64,000 bases of DNA from Sphaeroforma arctica JP610 (Eukaryota): the NCBI RefSeq assembly GCF_001186125.1, contig NW_014040420.1, forward strand, positions 65,384-129,383, read 5' to 3'. Below the pieces are notes generated by a model. It was not told the DNA's origin. It worked only from the letters and a program-made list of their open reading frames with translations, and did not search any database. Below, piece by piece: positions 36,545-50,951 of this stretch. Every line of letters begins with the position of its first letter. Within the stretch, counting starts at the first letter, position 1. Both the position numbers and the translations under genes were made by a program.

Positions 36545-39500
36545 CTATTATATATATATATACATACATATTATTTTCACACTATATATATAAGTTATAT
36601 NNNNNNNNNNNNNNNNNNNNNNNNNNNNNNNNNNNNNNNNNNNNNNNNNNNNNNNNNNNNNNNNNNNNNNNNNNNNNNNNNNNNNNNNNNNNNNNNNNNN
36701 NNNNNNNNNNNNNNNNNNNNNNNNNNNNNNNNNNNNNNNNNNNNNNNNNNNNNNNNNNNNNNNNNNNNNNNNNNNNNNNNNNNNNNNNNNNNNNNNNGAC
36801 ATATATATATATATATATATATTACTATAGATATAGATATAGATGTATATTACTATATACACATATATATTACCATATATATCAATATATATATATTACT
36901 ATATATACATATATATTACAGTATATATCAATATATATATATACATATATATTACTATATATATAGCTGCGTTCAGTACGTCAGTAGCTGTTCTGGTGTA
37001 GACATAAAAAATCTTCATATATATGAATGATTCCCGAAGAACATGATTTTTTACTGACGTAGTCGTACCCTTTACCACCAATATCTGTCCGTCAAACTAT
37101 ATCCTTTTGCAGTCCAGGCCTCATTCACATGATATCTGTTGATAAAGCGTTTAAAACGTTTCATGCTTGTTTGCTTTCAATTTTACAATCCCGATCTGAT
37201 CACAAGATGTCTACGTGACATTGTACTGATTGTCTACTATTGGTTTGGTACCTAGGCTGGTCCCTACTATAACCCATCGTAAACATATGTGTACTATCGA
37301 CTGCCCTACAACAGACATAGTACCGGTTTTCTTTTATTGGTTTGGTATCTAGTCTGATCCCTACTATAACTCATCGGAACATATGTATACTGTCGACTAC
37401 CCTACAACAAACATAGAACTGATTTTCTTCTATTGGTTTGGCATCTAGGCTGAACCCTACTATATCCCAGCAATAACATATCCGTGCCACATTGCCCTAC
37501 AACATATCCATGCGACATAGTACTAATTTTCTTCTATTGGTTTCGTATCTAGGCTGGTCCCTACTATAACCCATCGGAAACATATCCATACTATCGATTG
37601 CCCGTCTGCCGGCCTGAGCAAATCAAGATGGCGACCTCAATGGGTGGCAAACTCGATGGTGACCGCTTGGCCGAGTCACTGTACAATCTAGAGTTCAAAA
37701 GTAGGTCTAAATGCACTAGATATCCGTATAGTGTCTGAAAGTGGGTCTAAATGCACTAGATATACGTCTAGGGTCTGAAAGTGGGTCTAAATGAACTAGA
37801 TATCCGTATAGGGTTTAAAAACATATCTAAATAGACTAGGTATTCATCTAGGGGTTAAAAGTAGGTCTATATGCACTAGATATACGTCTAGAGTTCAAAA
37901 TTAGGTCCAGATGGACTAGATATTCATCTATAGGTTAAAATAGGGTTAAATGTGCTTAATATACGTCTAGAGTTCAAAAGTATTTCTAAATGGACTAGAT
38001 ATTCCTCTAAGGGTTGAAATAGGTCTAAAGGCACTAGATATACGTCTAGAGTTTAAAAGGAGGTCTAAGTGGACTAGATATTCCTCTAAGGGTTGAAATA
38101 GGTCTAAAGGCACTAGATATACGTCTAGAGTTTAAAAGGAGGTCTAAGTGGACTAGATAATACCTTGATAGGAATTGTCCGTGGTTGTAGGCGTATGCAA
38201 TACAAAACAAGTAGGAAGGGCGGCAGGTATATGTGCAAGAATACGATCTCAAGCAATGTGTCTATGTAATGTCATGGATAGTTCTGTGTAGGTTTAGTAG
38301 TATGTGATGAGAGATGTGTGTTAGGATACTCGTGTGTGTGCCAAACGGGCTGTACTAATATACCACTACCTGTGGGTTACAGGCGAGTTGGCGTCGTTTG
38401 GTGTCCGCTACTTTCTCAATGCTGCTATATATCAGCGTATATACACTGGGTTGAATGTGGTTGTATCAGACGTGGTGGTTGGGTAGTGCCTGTCATTTGG
38501 CTATAAATACGTATATGCATATATGTATGTATGTATGTATGTTCCATAGGCTCGATTGTCCGTAATATGGGCTTCCAAGCTTTCAATTTAGGGACTGGCA
38601 AATATCACCCTGAAGTTATTGACATTTCAGTGGACGCTCATACCGCGCGCTTAAATCCGTGTGGCGTTGGTATTGGCGGTTTCTGCCAATTATTCACACT
38701 AAAATACAGAAGACCAAAAAAAATGGAACCGACCTATTTCAAATTTCAAATCACCCTTGATGCATGACCTCATTGCACACCCCGCGAAGGATGCGCCCCT
38801 ATTCGTTCCGTACACTGATGATCGCATTAATAAGTCTATCATTCATCTGAATGCCCGTCACTCGTACTGTTGTACACAACCGTCGTTGCAACTACAGAAA
38901 ACGTGGACAAGGAGGTGCTATGTCCGCTCAAACTCAAGCCCAACGATGTGGATGATCTGGTGAAGGCTGTGGAAGAGCTCTACTACTTTGAGTTCATCAT
39001 TGACGGTCTCTCTGTCTCCCATTTCGTGGGATACCACAAGGTATGGTTAACGATATGCCCGTGTATGTGTATGTCTATATGTGTATCTATTAAATAATAA
39101 AATATATACATATATATACGTATATATATGCGTTCTCGCAGTCGATCTCAACGGTGTGAGTGGCTATCTAGTTTGAGCTGGGAAAGCGCTATATTACTTC
39201 CAGCGCATCGTTGACGGTCTGTGCGTGTCCTTTATCGTCACGGTTCAGGACATATTGCACCCATGTTACATCTTTTTGAAAGATGGTATAGTGTCTGGAT
39301 CTCTGGGGTGTATCTATGTATCCCACTTTAAGTACATTACACCTCCTTCCAACGCCAATAATTTGTTCACAACCGCTTCAATCGGCTACAGGGTGACGCC
39401 TACCCACACAACCACGAGATCTGGTTCTGGACCAACCACCACTTCTTCCTCTACTACAATGGCAACCAAGTCGTCACCGCCAACGTCACGGTCGACCGTC

Positions 39501-41162
39501 CCGTACAGCTGCCCGAGGGCGCCGATAATACGTTTGATCTCCAGCCCATCGAGTTTACCTACAGCGTCACGTGGCTGGAGACCGATGTGCAGTATAGCGA
39601 CCGAGCCAAACTCAATGTGGGGTCACTCCAAGTGCACTGGCTAAGTATCATCAACTCGTTTGTGCTCGTGATCCTGATGGTGGGGTTTGTGGCGATTATC
39701 CTGATGCGTGTGTTGAGGAGTGACTTCCATCGGTACTCGCGAGATCAGGAAGATCTGGAGGACTTACAGGTGAGCTTATGAGCGTGCGTGTGTATGTGTT
39801 GCTGGACTGCGAGAGATGTGTATGTGTTGCTGGACTGCGAGAGATGTGCTTGTATTTAGGAATTTACGCGTTCACTTATATGAGGACATACGCATGCATA
39901 TATGTATATATATGTATATACATGTATACTTTATATACATGTATACTTTATATATATGTATATATATATATACATATACATATCATATACTTAATATATA
40001 GTCACCTACCATACACCCTAACAGGACGATTACGGGTGGAAGCTCATCAGTGGGGACGTCTTCCGCTTCCCCGTCTTCCGGGATGTGCTGTGTGCTGTTC
40101 TGGGCACAGGGGTGCAGTTCCTGTCCATCGCTACCACACTGATCGCCCTAGCACTCTCAGGCATCTTCAATACACACCAGCACGGCTATGTGAACACCGT
40201 GGCGGTGTTTATGTATGCCTTCACCTCGGGTATTGCCGGGTTTGTATCCGCCAAATGGTACAAACAACTGGTAAGAGACGCAGACTGCGTGTAGATACAG
40301 ACGCATTGAATATAGTTGGTATATTGTGTTCCAGGGTTTTAAGGTTTGTGCCATCCAGTTGTTAACAGCAACTGGTAAGAGGCGTAGACTATGTGTACCA
40401 ATAGATGTATTCAGTACAGTTCGTATATTTCATTTCAGGGTTTTGTGTCCGCGTCCTAAACCCAATAACATAGCTGTCTAATTTAGAAGGCTATGTCAAC
40501 AACCCTAATTGTTTAGTAATAGGTACATTCAGTACAGTTGGCATATCGTACTCCAGGGTTTGGGGTTTCCGTGTCCGTCAATTGGTGCATCAGTACATAT
40601 GGTATAGCTGTATTCATTATAACCATATACCACCACTAATTATTATACCCATATACCACCACTTTCCTCATTATAATCATCCACCACCACTACAATCATT
40701 ATAACCATATACCACCACTATGATCATTATCAACATATATCACTACTACAGTTATACACACACCCATGCCCGATAACCATAGAACACCACTACAACCACC
40801 TAGCCATACACCACCCATGCCCAATAACCATAGAACACCAGCACTACCACCTAACCATGCACGGCCGTGTTGCGACCACACAGGGGGGCGAGCGATGGAT
40901 CCGCAGCATTCTGTTCACAACTATCCTGTTTGTTGGGCCTCTCTTTCTGATGTGGTGTGTGCTCAACAGCATCGCCTGGCACTACAACAGCACACAGGCC
41001 CTTCCTGTAGCTACTGTGTTTGTGCTTATCTTCCTTTGGTTGCTGGTGGGGTTGCCTCTGACGGTGGTCGGCGGTGTGGTGGGTAAGAACTCGGCCACGA
41101 CGTTTGATGCGCCTTGTCGAACGAAGGTCATTCCTAGGTATGCAATATGTATACACTGGCGC

Positions 41163-41193
<31 letters not shown>

Positions 41194-41344
41194 AATATAT
41201 AGTATATTTCATACGCGTCTGTGTACAATTCTATTGAAGTACATACTGCATTTTCAAGTATCCGTTTTAGCGAATCCTTCATGCTTGCGTATATCCATAG
41301 GCACGTACTGTTCTGTCCTAAGTCTCATCATACTTCGGTTTGTT

Positions 41345-41380
<36 letters not shown>

Positions 41381-42668
41381 CGCTAGAACCTAAAACTCTT
41401 ACCCCTAAACCCCAACATCCTACGTTCCTACCTCCCTACAGAGAGATCCCTGCGTATCCATGGTACCGGTCACGTGGTGTGCACCTGCTTATTGGAGGCT
41501 TCCTGCCGTTCAGTGCTATCAGCGTGGAGCTGTACTACATATTCCTCACCCTGTGGGGCAGGCATCTGTACACACTCTATGGTATACTCTCGGCCGTGTT
41601 CTTTATTCTGCTGGTGGTGACGGCGTGTGTGAGTGTGACGCTGACGTACTTCCAGCTGTCCATGGAGGACTATCGCTGGTGGTGGCCCAGTATCTTCAAT
41701 GTGGGGTATGTCTAAGTCTATGTCCCTATCACTGTCCATGCCCATACCCATTTCTCGTATTGCTCTACTATCATGATATGTGTGTTGATATGTTCCTGTG
41801 CACACTCTATGGTATACTATCAGCCGTTTTCGTTATTCTGCTGGTGGTTACGGCGTGTATGAGTGTGACGCTGGCCTACTTCCAGTTATCCGTGGAGGAC
41901 GACCTTTGGGTTCGGTCCAGTATGTCCAACATGTGTGCCTGTATCTCGTTGTACTCTATTATTTATATTTATATTTATTTTATATGTATATGTATATATA
42001 TATAATACATATATATATATATAATACATATATATATATATAAATGTGTATGTATGTATGTATGTGTGGCGGCGACGTATGTGAGTGTGACGCTAACTTA
42101 CTTCCAGGACTGGTACTATACTATTGTACTCGAGATATTTCAGACAATGTAATGAATTCTTATAAGTACACCACGCCAAAAGGCAACTCTGAGAAGAAAA
42201 TAGGCTGGGAGCCTGAGAAGTGATCCGTATTGTAGACGGATGATATGTTCCTTTGTCGGTGTGAGGATGTTGTAACCTAGCACACGTGTATTTGCAACTG
42301 TACGAGTATGTGTGTGTTGGTGATGATAGAACACTAAACCCTAAATCCCTGGGGCATACAAAATCCTGTCTCGCATGCATTCACCCTGGCCATCCATTCC
42401 CACGTGCTGATGCTAAAGCTCTAATACTAATTCCTTTGTGCACGTATATAATACTATTCCCCACAGGTTCACGGGAGTGTATGTCTTCCTGTACGCCATC
42501 TTCTACTACACATACCGCTCGCACATGTCTGGTCCGCTGCAAACAGCATCGTTCTTCGGATACACAGCTCTGATGTGTTACATAATCACTATGATGCTGG
42601 GCACGGTTGGGTTCTTCTCATCCGTACGCTTTGTGCGATATATATATGCGACGGTGAAGGTGGATTAA
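35881..42668 (+). CDS. TM9SF1: Transmembrane 9 superfamily (nonaspanin/EMP70) protein, TM9SF1-like, 588 aa
   Basis: Exons 35881-36012, 37553-37700, 38898-39040, 39392-39769, 40025-40270, 40884-41137, 41442-41705, 42467-42668 total 1767 nt in frame. Signal peptide-like N-terminus; motifs [76 protein letters not shown], and C-terminal YIYATVKVD (KxD/E motif). Confidence 0.95.
37687..38160 (+). repeat. About 40-bp tandem repeat (about 12 copies) starting at the TM9SF exon 2 donor
   Basis: Unit tctagagttcaaaa|gtaggtctaaatgcactagatatacg; the first copy contains the real donor at 37701. Confidence 0.88.
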
Positions 42669-45403
42669 GGGAATCTGCTTGAATTAACAAGTATATATGA
42701 ATGGCAAGGGAAAAGTGAAGTTTTGTATGTGAATGGTCGTATAAACAGCCGAGAGCGCACGAGAACAACCTCTGGCGTTGTTTGGGAATAGGTGGCTCCA
42801 AAGAATAAAGATCAAAATTATATACCCCTATGGTGTTAAATGGTGTGAAACGGTTGTGTTATAGTCTCAAGACTGTTTGTAGGTGTTCTTAAAATCCAAC
42901 CGAAGACTTATTACGACTGTGGCGATGGCCAATACATAGCCAGTGGTGTGCCACCAATTTCCCGGTGTCGATAGTACGCTCCATTGTAGTCGACAGCAAG
43001 TGTGTGCGATCGTGAACCTTCCCATCGTATCAAGTGATTTGTCTTGCACGTGTGCAGCGATTCCTCTATGGATTGTTTTGACTTTACTTTTGGATTGTTG
43101 CTAACACTAGGACGGGGCTCGGTCACCACTCCCACATTGTAATAACTGCACGGACTATATCGTATAACACTGGCCCCTAAAGTGGGCAACAAAAACCAAC
43201 CCTATCCGACACAAATATACCTCAGGGATACCAAGTAAAAACGTTATGAAGAAAGCATTCGATTGGATTGTTCAACGGATACAATGATATGTGGGAAGGC
43301 CGAGCTCCCGTACAAGTCAACAGATGTTCATATGCAGAGATTACGCGCAGTGCACATTGTGCATCATTTGAGTAAAGTTTCCAAGTCAACCAGGCATAAT
43401 CAAGAGCTCACCTATTCAGATTGAGAGGATTTCGTATATACTGTGTGCACACGAAGTCGCATTCCCGTCTCAACGGATTGGCGTGCTAACTGTGCTGCAC
43501 ATATATTACAGTCCATTCAGTGGTGATTCGAATTGTTGTGCCGATATTTGACACAATGCCCTATTTATTGAGATATAACTTTTCAAGCTACAGGGCCTAC
43601 TAGCTACCTAATAGTCCCCTTAGAAGAAGGGTCGACCATTTCACAAATAATTGTGCTGTGTGGTAAGTATTGCGGAAGAATCTCTGCCAACCAACCACCG
43701 TGAGACGTGTGCGTGGTGTACCTATGATAATTATCTGTGTATGTATTCATAACTTACATATAAGCATATGTGCTTCGATTTGCCTGTATATCAGCGGCGA
43801 GACTTGTTCCGGCGCTTTTCAAAAGCCCTCCAGGTCTTTTATTCTTTCGAGTTTGGTCCAGCACACATACCGCATACAATCAGTAGGTTATCTGACAACC
43901 CTCTGTACTAAATCGACTGCCTCTATGTGCCCTCAATTGTTAGGACGGGCCTTACTCAAGTATCATTCATCGGCGCAAGTGTCGTACCAATTCTGGTAAT
44001 TCACGAGCTTTCCGACTAGTCACAAGGCGACGCGAACTACGTCAATACATATGATGTGAACACCACTTCTAAATACTAAATAAATGCCATAGCCTCCTGA
44101 GGTGGCTGTTTATGTCGCTATGGACTCGTGGAGATGTTCAAAAAGGGTGACGGGCTGACGCCTGACGGGCTCTTTATTCCAGTGTTCAGTGACCACCTCG
44201 TCAATTCTCGTTAATATTAAAATCGGCCCTGGCACTGCGGCAGTCGCCAGTGAAATTTGCATATAATTTATCACGTTTTCTAACGAAAAAAAAAGAAGTC
44301 TGGACTTGGACTCCCTTGGACTCTTGTTGCGAAGTCTTGGAGTTTTGGAGGCACTCCTCAAGTTCTGTCGTTATTTTATTATTATTTTTTAAAATACAAG
44401 TTCCAACATGCTCAGTGAGCTCACGCTTATATATTTTTATAAAAGAAATATAAAATAAACAATACACATTTAGAAATCTTCGGCTAATTTGGTTCGCTTT
44501 TTGTTTTGTGCCGAGTTACCGACCCTTCCATTGAATCCATTCCTTCCACGTGGTATTTATTTTGAAATAGGAAATGCGACAATAGACAGGCTCTGGTTAT
44601 ATTCCGACTCGGTCCACTCGGAACGTCGGAATTCCCAAAACTCGACCGTATCAAACAAAGCCAATGGCCACCCTATCCCTCTCGATTCGTTTCAGTGTTA
44701 AAAACGTATCTAATCAGTGAATATATTTACACACACTGTGGACGTTGATCTGTGAAGGCCCTTGGCCCTATATTTGTCGCTATAGGTGCATTTTATGTGT
44801 CCGTTTAATTCGCATAATGGGTCGATATTTGTTTTTCCAGTTTTTTGACCCGTATAAAAGTTTTAAAGTTTTCAAACGAAGAGATAAATAAGTGTTGTCA
44901 AGTTAAAAAAAAGGTTTCTTTTATTTTAATTTCCTGGATTTTACTTTATTTAGGAAGTAGGAGTATTTTTGGGATTATTTTATTTAAAAACTTGTTCAGA
45001 TCCACTGATGAAGGGCTTTGAAAAAAATAATCAGTATTGTTTTCAGTGTTAAAAATCGTACTGTTAAGATGGCGACAGGACACAACTGCAAACTTTGAAT
45101 TGTGAGGTGCTTGGCTCACCGCTTAGTGGCGCTCACTAGCTAGCTAGACATTTCAAATAAGGATAGTAGTCTGTGAATATTACCAATTGCTGGCTGCTGC
45201 ACTTGCCACTGGTATCAAGTTATATTTACACAACTAGTTCACCTCAATAAACTTGGCTGGCAGCGACTATATAGCCGCGACTTAGCATTTAGTTCAAATA
45301 ATAACAAGACAGCAGCTGTGTAGTGACTTACAGCGCAAACGCGATTCAAGTCACACACATATTAGGTATACAACACATCACAAACACCCACTCAGCCACC
45401 ACT

Positions 45404-46152
45404 ATGATCTCAGGCGAGACAAGTTCAGCCCACCCGCTCTCAGGCAAAACTGTACTGTTTATCAGAACGTCCGGTCTTGGTCGTTTGCAGCATTACGAAC
45501 GTCTGAAGGGGCTAGGTGCAACTCTGTGGTGTTTTGAACAAGTCAGGAAACCCGCATTTGATCATGTTTTCAACGAATGGATTATCGGTGATGTGTTCAA
45601 CGAAGTTGCTGCCGTAGAGACCATAGTCGGCTTTATCAAGGTAGGCTACAGACCCATCTGCACGAGAGTGCTTGCCGTCGATGCCTTGTAATTACACACC
45701 TTGCTCGTAATGTATATATACGCAGCTCATTATACACCAACTTACACCTCACTATAAACCTCAATATAACTACATCAATCTATATACCTTATACCTCCAA
45801 ATTTATGTGCAATACGTATTTCTTGGATTGGTTTTGAATGCGATATTTTAAGACGTTGGTTTGTGTGTTTCTCTTCGCATGTATTCTGTGAGCAGTTATT
45901 CACTGTACATGTTGATATACACCTGTATTGTATATATGCATGTACTGTGCAGGAAGCTTCCAAACGTAGTCAGCTGTTTTGGCTGAAGGTTCAAATCAAA
46001 AATACATTTAGAATAAGAATGCTTTTATATTTCAAAGACATCGTAAGCTCGCAAATGAAGTGGATGTTTGTATCACGCACATAAATGGGTACGCATATAC
46101 ATATATATAATATATCTATATATATATATATATATGTATATGTATGTATATG

Positions 46153-46220
<68 letters not shown>

Positions 46221-46322
46221 TATATTGGTTATATATATNNNNNNNNNNNNNNNNNNNNTATTATTATATATATATATATATATAGTATTGTATTATATAG
46301 TATATATATATATATATATATA

Positions 46323-46374
<52 letters not shown>

Positions 46375-49300
46375 TTGCGTATGTGTGTATGTGTATGTGT
46401 GTGTGTTGTGTATGTATGTATGTATGTATATGTATAAATATATGTGCTTTGTGGGCGCCCAACTAAATTTGTGTAAAGACAATCAAGTAGCTCAAGTGGG
46501 GGTCGGGCTCGAATCGAAAATTGATTCAGAGCTCAAAATGCCTTTACTTCGTTAGGAAATCGCCTACTCGCTGAGTGTATGATTATATTATGTTTGTATC
46601 AATCTATACCTTTCCCGCCAGCCTGTATATGTTTGCGCTGAGTAGGCATTTAGAGCTGTACAACAGCAACAAGATAATTGAAGTGGAGTTCCAATTCGGA
46701 ATAAACTTGAGTTTAAATTGCATTTATATTTTTAAGGGCATTGCACTCTCACATGGTTTATTGTTGTATCTCGCATGTGCCAGTATCGTCATAGTTCACA
46801 ATTAGCAGCGTACGCCCAGACGTTTAATTTCTAGTTATCTGTGCTTGTGTACTGTGTAGGTAACCAAGGGTATGCAATCGTGACCAGTTTATCGGCGTCG
46901 AGGTTCAGATTAATAGATCTGTACTGAAATCTCTGATGCTTGTTGATACTTATGTTGCCCGTATTTCGGTTGGTGAAATCACATGTATGGCTGTATTTTG
47001 CGTTCACCAAAGTCCAATAGCCACCGTGCCCAGACACAAAGAGATGCGTTTTTACATGCATGCACGCTCCTATGTTTATGTTATATTCTACTAAGCTATT
47101 CAGTTAATGAGATATCGTACACCTTATATCATCCGATTTAAGGTAAGCCCTTCATTTTCGGTCTGGCTGTTTGAATTGAACTATATATGTGTAGATATAT
47201 GTATAGATATATCTGTAGATATATCTGTAGGTATATCTGTAGGTATATCTGTAGTAGCACGTCCTGTGGTGTATAGTTCCGAAGTGAATCTCTGCGCACA
47301 GAGAGATGCATCTCCCAATGTTACGGATGGTATAGGCAAACGTGTACCATTTTATCGCTAATAGAATTGCTACGTATGGTATAGGCACACGTACGTTACA
47401 GGCATACACGTGACACAGGCATATGTACAGTCGCAGTGACGCCAATATAGTTGCTACGTATGATACAAGCATACGTATGGTATAGGCAAACATTTTGCAT
47501 AGGCATACTTATATTATAGGCATGCATGTAACACAGGCATATGACCATTCACAGTGAGTCACAGTGACGCAAATGGAATTGCTACGTAGGATATAGGCAA
47601 ACACATTGCGCAGGCATACTTATGTTATAGGCATGCATGTAACACAGGCATATGCCCATTCACAGGGTGTCACAGGGACGCCAATAGAATTACTACGTAT
47701 GATACAAGTATATGTATGATATAGGCAAATATATGGTGTATGCATACATATGACACAGGCAAATGCGCAGTCATAGTGGCGCTATTTGAATTGCTACATA
47801 TGGTATAGGCATATACACAGTCATAGTGCCGCTATTCGAATTGCTACGTATGGTATAGGCATATACACAGTCATAGTGGCGCCCTTTGAATTCCTGCATA
47901 TGGTGTAAGCAAATACACAGTCATAGTGACGCCTTTCGAATCCTCTTCACACAGGATAACGCCAAGCGCAAGCCACGTGGCGTGCTGACGTTTGATGAGT
48001 TCGGTGTGGCTATAGCCGCAGCCACCTGCGAAGTGCTTAGTATGCCTGGTCTACCCTGGGAAGTCATGCGACAGACACGAAACAAGTTCAACTTCAGGTC
48101 CATGTGTGTGGGTGCTGGGCTCCCCTCTGTTCCGTTCCGGGGCATCAACCAGATTGAAGGTGTGCGGGTATCCGTGGAGTTCAACTGATACAGATACACA
48201 GAGATATTCTTTTGGTTTGTATTCTTGTTGTTATGTGTGTTGGTATCACTCAGGGACGTGTAAGAGGTGTCACCGCTGGTTCTCCTGTCGCCGTATGACA
48301 TGTGCTATTGCACGGTGCTTGGTTCCGGTTGGTTGCTGTTTGAAATACAGTCTCATATATTCTCACCCACAAACTGCATATAAGCGCTGGGAATAGACAG
48401 ACCTGCTATTCGCCATCCAATCTACTATTTCGAGTTCCTGGTGTGACCCAGGATACATCCCCAAACCCTAACCTCTCCCTAAACCCTAAACCCTAAATTC
48501 TGTATCCCTCATGTATACCTACCCACGCACAGATGTCGCCTCCATCACCTCGTGCTCCTGCGGCGCAGCTCTGCGGCATAAGACCACCGCACGTCCAGTA
48601 GAGCGAGTCCACACACTGGACTGTGCGTACATGCAATTCCCAGTGGTATTCAAACCGTGCGAGGGGGGTGGATCGCAGTTTGTGCAGCTTGTGCACAGTG
48701 CAGAGGCTCTCACAGACGTTGTGGCGAATGCCCTTCGCCAGACACGGGAGAATCCGAGCCCACACCCGTCGTTGGAGTGGGTGATGACAGACCCAGCACG
48801 ACCAGCCAGCCTAGTCCAGTCACCAGAGGCAACGGGAGAATGGCACACGCAGCTAAGGCAGACGGGAGATCAGGCAAGCATACAGACACCCACTGGCACA
48901 CTGGCACACACACAAACACAAGCACAAACACAAACACGGACACAAACACGGACTCGGGATAAAGCACTAGGGCAGGGAAACATACAGACACAGGCACACA
49001 CACAGCCAACACCGGCACCTTCACCAAAGTCGGACAAGCCTATGTTCATGGTGGAAGGGATGCTGGAGGGAGTCGAAGTGGACTGCGACGTTTTGGTGAT
49101 GGATGGACAAGTCGTCTTCCTCTCTATATCGACCAATTACGCGCCACAGGTAAGTCCACTACCACCTTTAAAGACTTGTTGGGCTCCTGGATCAACCTAG
49201 TCAGCCCCGAAGTAATAGTATGTGGGCGACATGTTGTTGTCATGGCAACGTATGTTCGGATAGATGTGGTTGTATGTGCGTATGCAGAGAGCACTTGGTG

Positions 49301-50951
49301 TGGACTGTTCACACGCGTGCAGGGGGTACTTGTGGTGCCCGCGTTCTTCATGTTTGATCAAGGCCGTGGGTGTGTATTGTCTTGGCAGACGTCGAATGCT
49401 ATGCTAAAACCGTCTCGCTATGCTGTATTCTTTCAAAGCAGTGTGTGCAAGTTGTCATGACAACATCATCAAAGCAAGTGTGCAAATTGTCATGATGTCA
49501 TGAGAACATCGTCAAGGCAAGTGTGTGCAAGTTGCCATGACAACATCGTCAAAGCAAGTGTGTGCAAATTGTCATGACAACATCGTCAAAGCAAGTGTGT
49601 GCAAATGACCGTGACAGCAGCGAGTGCTCACTACTTCATCACTCCCTTGTCCCCTCAGACACCCGATTACTTCATGGAAATGGGCGGAATCTGTCCATCC
49701 GACCTCCCGCGGCAAGCCCAGCAGAGCATCGTTGGGGTGGTGCGAGAACTCTTCACCAGCCTGTCTGCCATACACGAAGCCACTACACCGCACACAGCCG
49801 AGGCCCACATGTCGGCTGGAGCCAACGAGTGCAGCTGCGACTGTGACTGTGAGTGCAACCAGTCCTGCACACTACCCGTGAGTGTGCGTGAGGGTGCAGC
49901 CGGTACCGAAATTACATCGCGTACCCGAGGTCTCAGAAGCCTGAACGGGTGCTTTCATGTGGAGTTGATGTACACCGCCGCTGGGCCGGTGCCCATTGAG
50001 ATCAACTGTCGGTTGGGTGGGGCAGAGACGCATCTTATGGTACATACGGCATGGGGGGTGTCTCTATCGGAAGGGGCTGTGCTGCTGGCGTGTGGGTATG
50101 ATGTGGGTATGCACCTGGACGGTCTACAGGTACACATGGCCGTTCTGGCCTGTGCTGAAAAGGACCCGCAGAGTGCGAGTGCGCGGTTGGGGGTAGGTAG
50201 ACCGGCCCTGACCCCGCTCAACATGACGACCCTGCACACCGTGTCCTCGCTGAATCTGGTGCCGGTCCGGTCCGGAATACTTAGGAAACAGGACATCCCC
50301 CTTAGTGTGGTGAAGGATGCGGCCTATGTGGCCAGTGACCTGTACTTCACAGTTGGGGCTAAGGTGAGCGTACCACCAGACGGCTTTCAGTATCTGGGCT
50401 GGATGGTGGCACGGGAGAGTCCAACGCTGACCTCAGAGCAGAACCTCAAACGCTTACTGGACCTGTGCACCTTTGCAATGGAAATGGACGGTCCTTCCGC
50501 TCAGTCCAACGGGACAGGTACCGGGTCGTGCCTGAGCTTTGCACTGAGAGAAGGTACGCGATGTCTGCATCCGCTCCTGGACTATGAAGAGAAGGATGTA
50601 CTTGAGGATAGGGTGAGTGACAGGGCCGAATCTGACCCGTCCCGATATGTGGCGCCGCAAGACACGGTCCATGCGACCCTGAATACGAGTAACAGGTCCC
50701 TGCCCGGGGTGCAGCAGGCGGTCCGGGACATTTCGCGTGTCCTGTCTTTGAAAGGTGCGGACACCCTGAAGGCTCGGCTTGCGGTCTGTACTTCGCTGGC
50801 TGACAGTAGGGAGTTGTTACGCGCGCGCGGCAGTGTATTTAGTGATCCGGTGGCGCTGAAGCTGAATGACTGCTACTGCATCCGTAGGTGTTGCCATGGC
50901 AACGTTATGTCCGAGACGACCGACAACCGCGCATACAACCAGCGTGTTTAA
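45404..50951 (+). CDS. ATP-grasp ligase, carnosine synthase / L-amino-acid ligase-like, 783 aa
   Basis: Exons 45404-45640, 47955-48159, 48533-49149, 49659-50951 total 2352 nt in frame. ATP-grasp motifs: [83 protein letters not shown]. Confidence 0.85.
47340..47945 (+). repeat. Degenerate tandem repeats running up to the ATP-grasp exon 2 acceptor
   Basis: Recurrent gaattgctacgtatggtataggcatatacacagtcatagtg(a/g)cgc. Confidence 0.8.
49433..49610 (+). repeat. About 37-bp intronic minisatellite
   Basis: Unit caaagcaagtgtgtgcaaattgtcatgacaacatcgt. Confidence 0.85.
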
